NCBI RefSeq assembly: GCF_009914755.1 | Contig: NC_060946.1 | Source: the human T2T-CHM13v2.0 reference genome, Homo sapiens | Length of the DNA stretch: 64,000 nucleotides | Direction: 5' to 3' (one strand) | Shown: one piece after another, positions 47,318 through 60,703 of the stretch | Position numbering within the stretch: the stretch's first letter is position 1 | Layout: every line of letters begins with the position of its first letter | Position numbers and translations under genes: made by a program | Notes under the pieces: model-generated | The model's input: only the letters and a program-made list of their open reading frames with translations | Databases searched by the model: none | What the model was told of the DNA's origin: nothing

Positions 47318-48130
47318 CTTAAATTCAGCATTTCCAAAATCAAGCTCATCCATATTCCCTGACTGAACCCTGGTTCCCTTCTGGTGTGTTTGCATCGAGT
47401 CATTTGCAACTCTTTCTTCTCCTTTAACATTGGTATCTGATCCATCACCAAGATTTGCCATTTTTATTTCCCAAATATATATTGTGTCTCTCCCTTGTCC
47501 ACAACCACCCTTATCCACATCACTTTTATTTCTTGCTTGGGTAACAATAGCCTCCCCATTGGTTTTCCTGCTTCCATTCCTGTCCTGTTCCTAGCTCTTC
47601 TCTACAAAGCAGCTGGGTGGATATTTTAAAAATGGAAATCTGATTGTGGTCTACAAACCCTTCCATGATGCTCTTCACTAGCATTACAATGCAGCATTTT
47701 TACCTTGTCTTTCCAAGCTAAACCCTCTCCCTTTCCTTTAGTTTCTATAACCTTTTTCTTTTTAATCTTTCCATCTCAAGGCCTTTGCACATGCTATTAC
47801 TTATGCCTGCAATACTTTTCTCTCTCTTTATCTGGTTAGTTAATACCCAATCTTCAGAGCCTAGAATGTAAGTAATTTGGCCCACAAGGCCTACAGTGCT
47901 CCCTCTACACAAACGTATAAACGGAGACAAGGTCAAACCCTCCCATCGTGTGTTCCAGTGAAACTTGACACAATTGAAAGTAAATAATAGCTTTTGTCAT
48001 TGTTTCTATGCTTTCTTTTTCCTCTTCCAAGTTCCTTGAGGGCAGGGACCTTGGTTACAGTTTATTCTTAATAGTCAGCAAGGTACAAATTGGAAAGGAG
48101 ACACTCAAGAAATGTGTTACATGAAAGAAT
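47318..48130 (+). mobile_element. L2 relic
   Basis: ctcaaggcctttgcacatgctatt; ttccttgagggcagggacc. Confidence 0.7.
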
Positions 48131-48629
48131 AAGGCACAGGTTCATCCCTTAGATTGGCTGCTGTTTAGGAGACACTTTGATGCACAGAACTCTCACTTGG
48201 GTGCCTGCTAATACACAGGTTCCTGGGCACTGTCTCCTTATGTTCTGATCCGGCAGGCCCGGGCTTATATCTGGGTATCTGCATTTTCAGCAGGATTTCC
48301 AGGGAAATCTCCATGGCCTTCACTTGGGCAAAAGACCTAGACTTAGGGTTTTAAGGAAACAGTGTAGGATTTCCTCATTTGTTCAGTAAGTATTTGTGAT
48401 GCACCGGCTATGCCTCTGGGTGTGTGGAGGATGTGTAAGTCATGGACTCAGATTTCAAGCATTTCATTTTAACTGGGAAGTTGAGCTTTTCAGTATCAAG
48501 CATTTAAGTGGATGGCATATGATGGGATTTCCTAAGAAGAGCTTTCTTTTATGGAGCAGAGATTTATAGGGAAGGGAGAAAGCAACGCTCTTAAGAGGTT
48601 AATTTCTCACTTGAGGCTTGGGAGGAAAT

Positions 48630-49190
48630 TTGGCCTACTGGGAAGAACCCTGGCTTTGGTGTCTCTGTGGTTTGGTATTCCATCTCTTCTTGAAATAACT
48701 GTATAACTTCGGGCAAGTTGTTTTAAGTTTTTTGAGGCTTAGTATCTCCAGTCCATAACATGGGGATGAAGACAAGAAAATAATTTCTATCTTACAATAT
48801 TGTGTGAGTACTAGAGATATTATAGTTAATGTACTTAGCCCAAGGCTTTAACTTATGCTGAGTCCTCAAATGGTGAATTGTGTTGTCGTTACTGAATCAT
48901 CAAGCCGTACATCACTGTTGCCCTGCCTGATTGTAACTCCAGGCTTCAGTGGGAGAGGAGCTTATATGACTAAAGAGAGGGGATCTGGGTTTAAATGCTC
49001 ACCTTGCCACTTATTAGCTGTCTGACATTCACCACATACTTTGTGTTTTGAATCTCAGTTTGTTCATCTTTAAATGGGGTAAGAAGATCTACCACATATT
49101 CTTATAACCTGAGTTAAATGGGGAAAAAAAACCTAGGTAAAGAACCAAGTATAGTGTCTTGAACATATGAAGTACTCAAAAAACACACAT
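48630..49190 (+). mobile_element. Two MIR relics
   Basis: gggcaagttg...; gccacttattagctg...ctcagtttgttcatctttaaatgggg. Confidence 0.65.
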
Positions 49191-49346
49191 TTAGAAGCTT
49201 CCAGTATTGAGATTAAAGAAGGAATCCTCTCAGGAAGGATTATCTACCTACTATTCAAGAAAGGGGCTCAGGAGTCACAGAGAATAAAGTAAACAAACAT
49301 TAACTAAAGACCATGTATCTGAGAAATTTATGAGAATCTGGGAACT

Positions 49347-49940
49347 TGTCAGTTAAAATACAAGGTTCTTTTTTGTAAGAGATACAAAATCTAACCCTAA
49401 TATGATTGATTAAAAAATTAGACCTTTTACATAACTGATATCTTATGTAATTGACAAGTTCAGGACTAGGGATAGCTTCAGGCATGGCTGTACCCAGAGG
49501 CCCACATGGTCATTGTGATGCAGTCATGGTGTCCCACCTCATCTTCTGCTTTCCACTGTTGAAGCCATTGGCTGGCTCCCCAGTGGTGGTGGCAAAATGG
49601 TTTCTGTCAACTCCTGGCCTTCATCCTGTTCTCTCCCCAAATTAGGCAGAAGGAACATTGCTCTTCCCCACCTTCAGGATAAGCCCTCAAATTAATGATG
49701 ATTGGATTGACCTGGGCCATTTGTCCACCTGTGAGCCTATGACTATGAACAGAAGGATGGAATAGCATGATTGGCGCAGGCCTGGGTCTCGTGCCTACCC
49801 CTGAATCTAGTGTGGCTGAGGCTAGCCAGACCCAGATCCTAAAGACTCAGAGTTAGGGAGCAGTGGATTCCCCCCAAATGTGAGTGTTACAATTAGAAGG
49901 GGGAATGAGTGCTAGAAAATTAAAAACAACATATTCCACA
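49347..49940 (-). mobile_element. MLT1K-type MaLR LTR
   Basis: gcttcaggcatggctg; tgattggcgcaggcctgggtc...cctacccctgaa. Confidence 0.7.
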
Positions 49941-51122
49941 AAGACATTTCTTTTTTGTACTATTGTCATTCACCCCTGTCTACTTCTCAGCCCTGAAACC
50001 CCAAGAATAAAAAGGCAGTGTGCTTGTTTTCTTCAATGAAAATCGGGAGTCAGGACTGTATCTTGATCTGAAACTAGTCTTTGGTGAGAGACAAAGTGTG
50101 AAAAATACAGGAAGTTCTGGCAGCTATGATGAGGACCAGGAAGCAGGATTAGTCCCCGGAGGCTGTCAGAAGGGAAAAAAGGATCCAGGGGGAGTCAGTC
50201 TGGGAGAAATTTACTTACTTCAATGGCCTGGTTCTTAGACACCGACCGAGCTACCCAATGTCTCCCCTCCAACTCTCACTCTTATCAGAAAATGCTGCTT
50301 ATGGGTCAAGGCAGCCTTTCCTGGCCTGAGTTCCTCCTCATGGGTCACCAGCTGAAGGGCAACCATCCTTTTCGGAGACATGGCCGTATCCATTGGGTGG
50401 CACATTAAGCCACTCCCCAGGGGGGCCAGAGCTATTAAAATAGAATCCATCCCCAGGAACTGAGCAAAATGCATTGACCAGCCCTTCATCAAAGCAGCGG
50501 CAGGAGCCAGGTTGCAGCACCAGCAGACTCCCCGCACTCAGCATTTTCCTCGCAGAAAACAAGACCACTAAATGACTCCACATCCTCCCTTTGCCTGTGT
50601 ACCCCAGAGATTGCAGGCAGCCCTTGCCAGTCCGTGCATTTGCTTTATCTCTGTGCTCATCCATTTTTCTTCTTGTCGTGGAAAAAGACTTAACAAAACA
50701 CTCACATTAATAATTCTGATCCCCTGTAAATGGCCAAATCCTCAAGAGAGGACCTTGGCCTCTCTGTCCACATTGCCTCCTCCCCTCTACCATCCTCACT
50801 GCAATAAAACAACATCTCTTTACGTTTATGTCAGTCAAGAATGGGGTAATAACTTGTAGCTCTATACATTCTGGCTCCCTCATTATTAATCATTCCTTAC
50901 TGAAAACATTAAAGTAGTTTCTGACTTGGACTTTTGTTTCCAAAACAATGCTGATACTTCCTTAAAGAAGCAATTTCATCAACTTGTCAAGGAGCTGGCC
51001 CTAAAGCAGAGGTCACCCATAGGCGAGGCTATAATTAATTAGAAATCTGGAATGATTATGGACCTGGGTAAAAGCTTGCCATTATATTTTAAGCTCCAAG
51101 GGAAATTTTAAACCATGTAGCC

Positions 51123-51361
51123 CAGTGTTTCTCAATTAGGGCTCAGTTCCTGGCTCCCTAGTCCCCCAGGGAACATTTGGCAATGTCAGGAGACATTTTT
51201 CATTGTCACAATTCCAGGGGGGAGGGGTTGCAAGGATGCTACTGGCATCGAATAGGCAGGTGCCAGGGATGCCCCCTCAACATTCTTGAATGCAGAAGAC
51301 AACCCCACAACAAAGACTTACCCAGTCCCAATGTCAACAGTGCCAAGGTTGAGAAAGCCTG
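51123..51361. mobile_element. MER20 hAT-Charlie MITE, full length
   Basis: cagtgtttctcaa...acatttggcaatgtcaggagacattttt...aatgtcaacagtgccaaggttgagaaagcctg. Confidence 0.9.
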
Positions 51362-51384
51362 ATGTGTAGAATAAGGATTAGTTA

Positions 51385-51960
51385 TGATGCATTCATTAAT
51401 TCTTTATGAATTATGAGCACCTGGCTATGAAATTCATTGAGCACCTGGCTATGAAATACCCTCTATGTGTCAGGCATTATTGTAATATCATGGATTTCCT
51501 TGTGACTGAGACAGAGTGCCTGTTCCCATGGAGATGTTATTTTAGTGCGACACTCTGGCAATAAGTAGATAAACAAATAAGATAACTTAAAAGGTGATAT
51601 ATGCCATAAATACATACATACATACATACATACATACGTACGTACGTACGTACGTACGTACGTACATACATACATAAATAAAAGCAGAGCGAGTTTGACG
51701 TCGGACCAGGCCATGTTAGATGGGGAGATCATGGGAAGCCTCCCTGAGAGTCAGCAGTGTGAGAGTTGGAAAGGCAGCCAGCACAGGGCGAGGGAATTCA
51801 TTTCAGGCAGGGAGAATGGCAAGTGCAAAGGCCCCAAGGTAGAAAAATCCGGGTTTGTTTGGGGAAGAGAAGGAAAACCAATGTGACTAGAAATTCTTGA
51901 GTAGAAGGGAGAATGAAAGAGATCAGAAAGGAAAGATTGGCTTGGATAGACCATGGGGAT
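51385..51960 (-). mobile_element. L2 relic carrying the compound microsatellite
   Basis: ttcaggcagggagaatggcaagtgcaaaggccccaagg. Confidence 0.7.
51611..51682. repeat. Compound STR (TACA)6(TACG)7(TACA)3(TAAA)2
   Basis: Read directly from sequence. Confidence 0.97.
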
Positions 51961-52502
<542 letters not shown>

Positions 52503-53289
52503 TCAAATTTTATTTTAAGTACCCATGGACAATTTCAAGCAGGGAAGAATAATTACATTTTAAAACTAAGGTTCACAAGAATAACCCAGTCCCTGGCTTT
52601 GTGATCTTAGGCATATTATTTTCCCTTTCTAGGTCAGATTTTCCTCATTTAAAAAATAAAATTGGCTAGTTACCCACTTAGATTGATGTCAGGAGGTTGA
52701 CATAGATGTAATGAGTGAAGTGCAGTTTGCAAAAGCGAGTTATTGTGACGGTTGAAAGTGTTTCCACCTGTGGAGGCCCCAAAGCCCTTCCATGTATTTT
52801 TGCAGCCTTCTAGTATGAGGGATGGCTCTGTTTCAGAGCTGGAGGAACTTCCTGGAACTCCAGGAGGCAAAATTACTCACTTGCAATCGCATAAGGCATA
52901 AGCAGTTGTGTTTGGGCTCCCGCCCGCCTGTCTGCATGCTTTTCAGATCAAATATAGACTTAGTGCTCACTGCCTCGTGGGTGCTGCTGCTTTGCTCGTA
53001 AGCCTATGTATGAGCTTTATTTTCTTTGCAGAAGAGTCACCTCTCTATGAAAAACACCTTTACCTTGCTTATCCTTGGCAAATGCACCCAGCAGTCTGGC
53101 TGGTCAGTGCTGGAGGTTGGGGAGAGGTGGGGGTTCAGAACACATAACAGGGCAGGGAACAAGATGGACAGGAGCTGAGTCCTAGAAACTGGACATGTCT
53201 GCAAGAAAGGACCAGGCTCTTGGAAAATGCTTAGTGAAGCCTTCCCTGCCGCTGAGGCTAAACAGAGTCAGGGGCTCCCTATTTCTTAG

Positions 53290-53800
53290 GACAGGATTGA
53301 GAGTGCTTCCATGGCCCCCTACAATCTGGCTCTTAATCATTTTTCTGCCTCACCTCCTATCAGTTACTCCCCTTGTGCTGGCCATGGTGCTCTCCAAAGA
53401 TGCCAAGCATATTCTCTTCCCTGGGCTGTTGTGTGAGCTGCTCCCTCTGTCTGAGTTACATTTCCTCTACCTCTTTCTTTGTCTGTCTGGTGACTTAATG
53501 TAAGTCTCTTCATCCACATTACGTCCTCAAAGTGGCCTTTGTGACCAACTTATTTTCAATTGCACCACATCCTCCCCACCGCTTTCTATCCTTTCATTCT
53601 GCTTTATTTATTTACTTATAGCATATCATAGTCCTACCTGATATTATATTCTATGTTTATGTGTTTACTGTCTGTCTGTCTGTTCCATTAGAATATAAGT
53701 CACATGATGGTAGAGATTCATCATGTACATGGCTGCATTCCTACCTCCTTCCAAGTGCATTACACATTGTAGGCGATTAATACATTTGTGTTCAATGAAT
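53290..53800 (+). mobile_element. L2 3' relic
   Basis: ctgctttatttatttacttatagca...cattagaatataag...tcaatgaatgaa. Confidence 0.7.
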
Positions 53801-53933
53801 GAAAGACCTTTAGTTGGAAAGGGACAGATGCCAGGCAGATGGTCATTAAGGAGTTAGTCTGGCAGGAGTTGAGCTCTCTAGCAGGTGGCAGGAGCCCAGC
53901 AGTATGAGATCAGGGTATACATAATATGCAGAC

Positions 53934-54384
53934 TGTATTAGAGTAACACCAGCTGTTAAAACAAATAAACTCCCATATTTCAGTGACTTAAGACAATGTT
54001 TATTTCTCACCCACATAACACTGATTTTCCTATTAATGGGAGACTTTTCCCTAGGTGGTGATTTAAGAACCTAGGCTTCTTTTGTTTTGCGGTGCTGCCA
54101 TCCCCAAGGACCGTGAATTTCTCTGCCTCCAGTTGGCGAATAGGAGAAGAAAGAGTGGAGAAGGTATACCCGCTTCTCACCCACCTTGGCTCAGAGGAGA
54201 CCTTCACCACTTCCACTCCATTCCTTTGGTGAGAAATGATCACATGTACCTACCTAGCTACAAGGGGGTGCTGAGGAAAGTTGCCTCTCACTGGGTAACT
54301 GCTTCCCAAGAATAGCTTCATACTAAGAAACACTCTGTACTAGGCACCCCAAATGTTGACAGATAGTTGACTATATCTATTACG
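53934..54384 (-). mobile_element. Old ERVL/MaLR LTR (MLT1J-like)
   Basis: tttcagtgacttaagacaatgtttatttctcac...acttccactccattcctttggtgagaa. Confidence 0.6.
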
Positions 54385-54841
54385 TAGTCCTAGCTCCTTC
54401 ATTTCCTTTCCTCTGTTCTACCTTGACAATCTTGCCCAAGCACTAGTTCCTACAAACAGCCTGTAAACACACTCATGTTTCCCACCCTAAAACCATTTCT
54501 CCGGACCCTAAGCCCTTTCAAGCTACTGTCTTCCCTTCATTATTGATGAACTTCTTGAAAGAATCCTTTACTGATTTCACTTTTCATACATATTATTTAT
54601 TCCTTAGCTTACTGAAATTGCTCCAACTCAAAGTCACTAATGACCTGCATCCTAAATCTGGCATTCCTCCTCAGCCTTAATTCTGTGTGTCTCCCCTGCA
54701 AAATTTTACACCGTAGAGCACATCTTCCTGCCTGGAGTGTATGACTTTCTGAGCATCCACTCTCACAGTTCTCATCTTACCTCTCCCACTGCCCTTTCTC
54801 AGTCCCCATTCTGTTGTTTACTCAATGTTGGGGTCGTCTGA

Positions 54842-55189
<348 letters not shown>

Positions 55190-55240
55190 GTTTCTCACCA
55201 TATTCTGAGACTGAAAGTGCCTTGCATGACTGGAACTTTT

Positions 55241-55708
55241 TATGTTAGTTTCCTGAGGCTGCCATAACAGATGACCACACACTGAGCGGCTGAAAACAAC
55301 AGAAATGTATGCTCCCACAGTTCTAGAGGCCAGAGGTTCAACAGCAAGATGTCAGCAGGGTTGGTTCCTTCTGGAGGCTCTGAGGGACAATCCATTCCAT
55401 GCCTCCCACCTAGCTCCTGGTAGCTCGGGCAATTCTTGACATTTCTTGGCTTGCACTGCGTCACTCTAATCTCTACCTCTGTCTTCACGTAGCGTTCCCT
55501 CTGTGTTGTCTCAAACCTCTCTTCTTTCTCTTAGAAGGATAACAATAATTGGATTTAGAGCCCACTGTAAGCCCGGAATGATCTCACTTTAAGAATCTTT
55601 AACTTAATTACATCTGCAAAGACTTTAATTTTACATAAGGTCACATTCACAGACACTGGGGTTAGGATTTGGCCATGTCATTTTGGGGAACACTATTAAC
55701 TCGCGACA
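55241..55708 (-). mobile_element. MLT1C-type MaLR solo LTR
   Basis: gtttcctgaggctgccataac...gggttggttccttctggaggctctgaggga...cttaattacatctgcaaagac. Confidence 0.88.
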
Positions 55709-56176
55709 CCTCCTAAATCTGTACCTCTGACACCAGCTTCTCTCCCGGGCTCCAGACCCACATTTCCAATTCCCTACCACATGTCTGCAAGCACAGGATG
55801 CAGAAGAACCTCACATACACATGTCCAACCTGGCATTTAGCATTTTTTCTTCTTAATTCTAATCATCCTCGGCTTTCTCTTGTGGGGGATGGCTCACCAT
55901 CTGTCCACTCTTACAAGCGAGGAGCATGAGACTCATCCTGGATTCCTTCCTCTCTTACCTCCCACCTCCAATCAGGCACTGAGTTATGTTGATCCTCCTG
56001 GGACATATCTCCCAAACTCCTCCATCCCCAGCATCTCCAGCTTGGTACAACTCTCCATATTTCTCACCACCGGTTTTCCGGTAGTTTCTTAACTAGCTTC
56101 CTTCTCTGCTTCCTCCAGTTTATCTTTAAAACTGCAAATAGAGTTTTCCTCCTAAAGACTATGAATCTGATCATGG

Positions 56177-56488
56177 TAGAAGTCCATAATCTTTTATCTA
56201 AAACTTTGAGACTTCCAGAAATTCAGAATCTTTTGGATGGAGGAATAGCCAGATGTAGTGTATTATGTAGGTCTGGCATTGTACTATGGGCAGTACCCCA
56301 CACCCAAACATGTAAGAGTGAAATACATGAATATTCACATGAAGAGGGATAAATAAAGACCATAAATAGCCTCCTGTACATTCAGACAGTGTTTGCTGCC
56401 AAGTGATTTTGTGCCAAACTTAGGAAAAAACCTTCAGTTGTCAGTTTTTAAAATTTCAAGAGAGTGGATAAAGGATCGTGGTCTTGTA
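56177..56488. mobile_element. TcMar-Tigger MITE (MamRep434-like)
   Basis: Degenerate terminal inverted repeats tagaagtccataatcttttatc / gataaaggatcgtggtcttgta. Confidence 0.55.
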
Positions 56489-56944
56489 CTTTCTTTCTCG
56501 AAAATTCTCTAGTTTCTTATTGTCTCTTTCAGCAGGGTTTGAAAAACAGTGGAGGAGATGAGCTCAGAGGTTATGCAACAGCAGGATGGTCTATTATGTG
56601 CCAGGCCTCACCATGGACTAGGAGGCCCTTTGCAACCTAATTCCTGCCCACCTCTTGACCTGAATTTGCACTGCTGTGTCTCCTTCCTCTTCCCTTTGCC
56701 CTACCTTACCAGTAGACATTTCTGTTCTTGAAATAGTCCTGACTCAGGCTTTGCACATGCTATTCCCTTGTCTTAAATGCCTCCCTTCTATATGTAGCTG
56801 GTTTCTTCTCATTCTGACTTCACCTTAAATATCATCATCTTTTCACTCCATCCTACTAAATATTTCTTCCACTTTCCCCTAGAGAAGGCGATTGGCTTGC
56901 CACCTGTTCTGTTTCATTCCTTATTCCTTTACTATTGTCTATTA

Positions 56945-57076
56945 TTCTTTTCCTGTTGTCTAAGGCTGCTTTCATAGTACAACAGGAGAGTTGAGTAGTT
57001 GCAACAGACTGTGTGGCCCCAAAGCCAAAAATATTTACTCTCTGGCTCTTCACAAGACAGGTTTGCCAGACCATGC
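56945..57076. mobile_element. MER58A fragment
   Basis: ggctgctttcatagtacaacaggagagttgagtagttgcaacagac...aaatatttactctctggc. Confidence 0.8.
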
Positions 57077-57466
57077 CCTGGAGTTATTATATAGCAATCA
57101 GCTATATGATCTTTATTACATTACTCTATGAAATTATCTTATGTGTTATTTCATTCTCTTCTTCTCTACTGGAATGTGAATTTTATGAGAGTAGGGACCT
57201 TGCCTCTGTTTGCTCATGGCTATAATCCCAGAGCATCTGAAGACATTCAATAACATATTTTGTTTGCAGGACTAAATTAATACATGCTGGGTATATGTTG
57301 TGAGCAAAGTTGGTCTGACAACCTGCTAAGGGGCTCAACCTGCCACATATGTACCAGGTGGGGGAGGAAAGAATGGGATCAGGAGGTGGAGTGTATTTTC
57401 CATCTTTGGATTTTGGTTTCTCAAAGTAAGTAGCCACCCACCTTCCCATATCTGTCATTTAAAATG

Positions 57467-57947
57467 TGTCTTAGTTTGTTTTGTTTCGTGCTGCTATAGC
57501 AGAACACCTGAGACTGGGTAGTTTATAAAGAAGAAAGATTTATTTCTTATAGTTCTGGAGGCAGGGGAGTCCAAGATCAAGGTGTCAGCAGCTTTGGAGT
57601 CTGGTGAGGGCTTGTTCTCTTTTCCCAAGATGGTACCTTGAACACTGCGGGAAACTGTTCCTCACATGATGCAAGAATGGAAGAGAAAAGTGAGGGAGAG
57701 GGAGAGAGGCAGAGAGAGAGAGAGAGGAGGAAGACAGACAGAGAGAATGAAGTGGGGGGAGAAAGAGAGAGAGAGACCAAACTCATGCTTTTACAAGGAA
57801 CTCACTTCCATGATAATGCATTAATTTACTCACTTCTGCCTCATGGCCTAATCGCCTCTCATGAAGCCCCACTTGTCAACACTATTGCATTGGAGATTAA
57901 GTTTTTAACTTTTTTTTTTTGGGGGGGGATGCATTCAAACCACAGCA
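57467..57947 (-). mobile_element. MST (B1/C/D) solo LTR with internal GA-rich expansion
   Basis: tgtcttagtttg...acctgagactgggtagtttataaag...cattcaaaccacagca. Confidence 0.85.
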
Positions 57948-58539
57948 AAGCATGAAAATAAAATGCAAAAAATCAATTTCACAGCCCAGCTTAGGATTTA
58001 ATGGTGCGCTATCTACAATAGGCTATTGAGGTAATGAGGCTCCCAACCTTCTCAAAGGGCTCCTGCAACCACGTGGCAAAAATGCATGCAGCTGGCTCAG
58101 GCCACTTCCCTCCAAGACACCAAACCTCCTTCAAAATCAGCACATTATTAAAATATTTTGGTTCCTAACACTCCCCTGGCTTTGTTGACTCACAAAAATG
58201 GCTTTACCACCCCCACAATGGGGCTGTAATTGATGGAAGCCATCATCCTTTACATAGTGCTTTCTTGGGTACAAATGATTCTTTACAGAAAGAGAAGGAC
58301 ACCAGCTTTTCCCAAATTACATTTTGCTGGATAAATCAATAGCAATGACTTTCAGGCTCAGGAAGTACTTTTGAGGAGGAAAAGATGCTCGTTCAAGTGA
58401 AGGTGGGTTGGGGAGTAGGAAGAGGCAGCCGGGCCGTGCTGGGTAGATTTCACACTCAGGCACCATCTGCTGGATGTGGAGGAGAGATGGAAGCATGTCC
58501 TCTCTATAGGCGTCTGAGTAATGGGGATGTGTTATTTTA

Positions 58540-59550
58540 GAAACCCTGAGCATACAATAACCACTCTTGACTCCTGTCTTTTCCTTACTGTCTGCACCCA
58601 GTACACCAGTAAATTCTGTAGGTGCCACTTCTGAAATATTTTCTGCCCCATTATCACCATTAGTACATCTTGGTCAGCCACTGTCAGCTCACACTTGGAC
58701 TAATGCAGTGGCCTCCTAACTGGTTTTCCTGCATCTACTCCTGCTATAGCTTCAAAAACTCATTCTTGTCAGCTCAGCCAGAGTGATCTCACCAAAACAT
58801 AAGGCCATCTGTTCTGCTTAAAACCCTCTGATGTGCTCACCATGGCCCAGGAGGCCCAAACAGTCCTGCTGTTGCATAGTCTTTGAGCTCATCTCCTCCG
58901 CCCTTTCTTCACTCCCATCCTTGGTCCCCTTGCCGTGCCCCCAGCACCCTAAGCTTGCTCCTCCCGAAAGCCCTTCCCCAGGATGCTCATTCTTCCTAGC
59001 CCAGTGTTGCTGATTTTCCCGTCGGCTGCTTCTGGTCATACGGATCTCAGCTCAAATGTCACCTCCTCAGGGAGGCTGCTCTGACCTCTTGTCTATAAGA
59101 GCTCTTCAGTGACTTTCTCTCATATCTCTGCATTATTGTCTTCATCGCACTCATCCCTCTCTAAAATATCCTGTTTCTTTCTTTCTTTTTTTTTTTTTTT
59201 TTTTTTTGAGACGGAGTCTCACTCCGTCACCCAGGCTGGAGTGCAGTGGCGTGATCTCGTTTCACTGCAACTCTGCCTCCCAGGTTCAAGTGATTCTCCT
59301 GCCTCAGGCTCCCAAGTAGCTGGGCTTACAGGCATGTACCACCATGGCTGGCTAATTTTTGTAGTTTTGGTAGAGACAGGGCCTCATCACATTGGCCAGG
59401 CTGGCGTCAAACTCCTGTTTCTTTATTTCCGTACTTGCTTCTTATCTCTCTTGCTTTGCTTAATGCTTCAGCCCAACACTGGGCATAATGCTTGTGTGCC
59501 CAATGCAGAATAGGCACTTAAGAAATAGCTATTGCAGGTCTGAATGCTAC
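58540..59550 (+). mobile_element. L2 relic hosting an Alu
   Basis: gcctcctaactggttttcctgc...tctcagctcaaatgtcacctcctcagggagg. Confidence 0.75.
59181..59417 (-). mobile_element. AluS, 5'-truncated
   Basis: Ends aactcctg; TSD tcctgtttcttt (59169-59180 / 59413-59424), overlapping the Alu end by 5 nt. Confidence 0.93.
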
Positions 59551-60359
59551 TTACCTAAAAGTAGTGAGTCCCTTATTGAAGAACTGATCATTCATTCATT
59601 CAGTACATTTCCTGAGTGCCTTCTTGCTGCCAGCAACTGTGCTAGATAAATTCTGTAGGCAGAAATAAGAAGACACAGTGCCGCCCCTAGGTAACTTTTT
59701 CTATGGGGTGGACAACTGATGTACCACTGGTGGCAGGCAGAGGTTTCAGCCTGGTAAGTGCAAGTTCACAGAGCCGTGGACAACAACAACAACAACAATA
59801 AAAATCTTGCAGGATCACCCAAGGCTAGAACTGATATCCTTCAATAGAGTGGAGAAGACTTCCTAGAGGAGGCAGCATTTGAGTTGGGTTTCATAGGATG
59901 ATTAGGAGATTGCTGTGAAAAGGGATGGAAGGGATCTAATGACTGGTCAAAACTAAATATAGCAGAAGTAGAAATAATGTGGGAAGATTAAGAAGGAGAT
60001 AGATTTCCATAAAGCTTTGATTCTATGTTATTTCCAGCAATGAAAAGAAAGAAGAGGGAGAGAGAGGGTGTTCCAGGGAGAGAGGAGAAGTGGATGTGAA
60101 CAGCCATTCTTTACCTTCAGTCTTTTCTTCCAAGTGATTGTGATGCTATATTCCTTCAATTAGTTATCCCACAAACACTGAGCACTCCAGTGTCAGGTGC
60201 GCCCAGGTGCTGGGGATACAGTAGTGAACAAGACGGGTGATAACATGCTCTTGGGCAGTTCGTAGTCCAGAAAAGGACAGATTTGTGGACAGAAAGCCTA
60301 GTGTGGATGTGGTCCATCTGCTCAGCGTTTTATCTGGGAAACTGAGTCCTTGCAGCATT

Positions 60360-60630
60360 GGCAGGAAGGGTATGGTGGTTACACGCACAGGCTCTGGAAT
60401 CTGATCATACCCAGGTTCTAATCTGGCCTCTGACATTAACTGGATGTCTGATGTTGGAATCAGAGTTTCCTCTGGAGAAGCTGTGGGTCTCAGTTTTCTC
60501 TCAGGTAGTGAAATAAAGCAGATCATCTGGTTTCACTGAAGCAAGGGGATGAACTGAAATAATGCATGTAAAATGACTAGTGATGTCTAGCATATCACAG
60601 GTGCTCAGTGCACGCAGCTGTTGTTACCAT
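60360..60630 (+). mobile_element. MIR
   Basis: caggctctggaatctga...aataatgcatgtaaaatg...gtgctcagt. Confidence 0.65.
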
Positions 60631-60703
60631 CATGGCCCCTGTTAGTAGAGCCCTTACTATGGGCCAGGCTGTGTGCTAAGTGCTTTACTTGGAGTTTTCC
60701 AGT

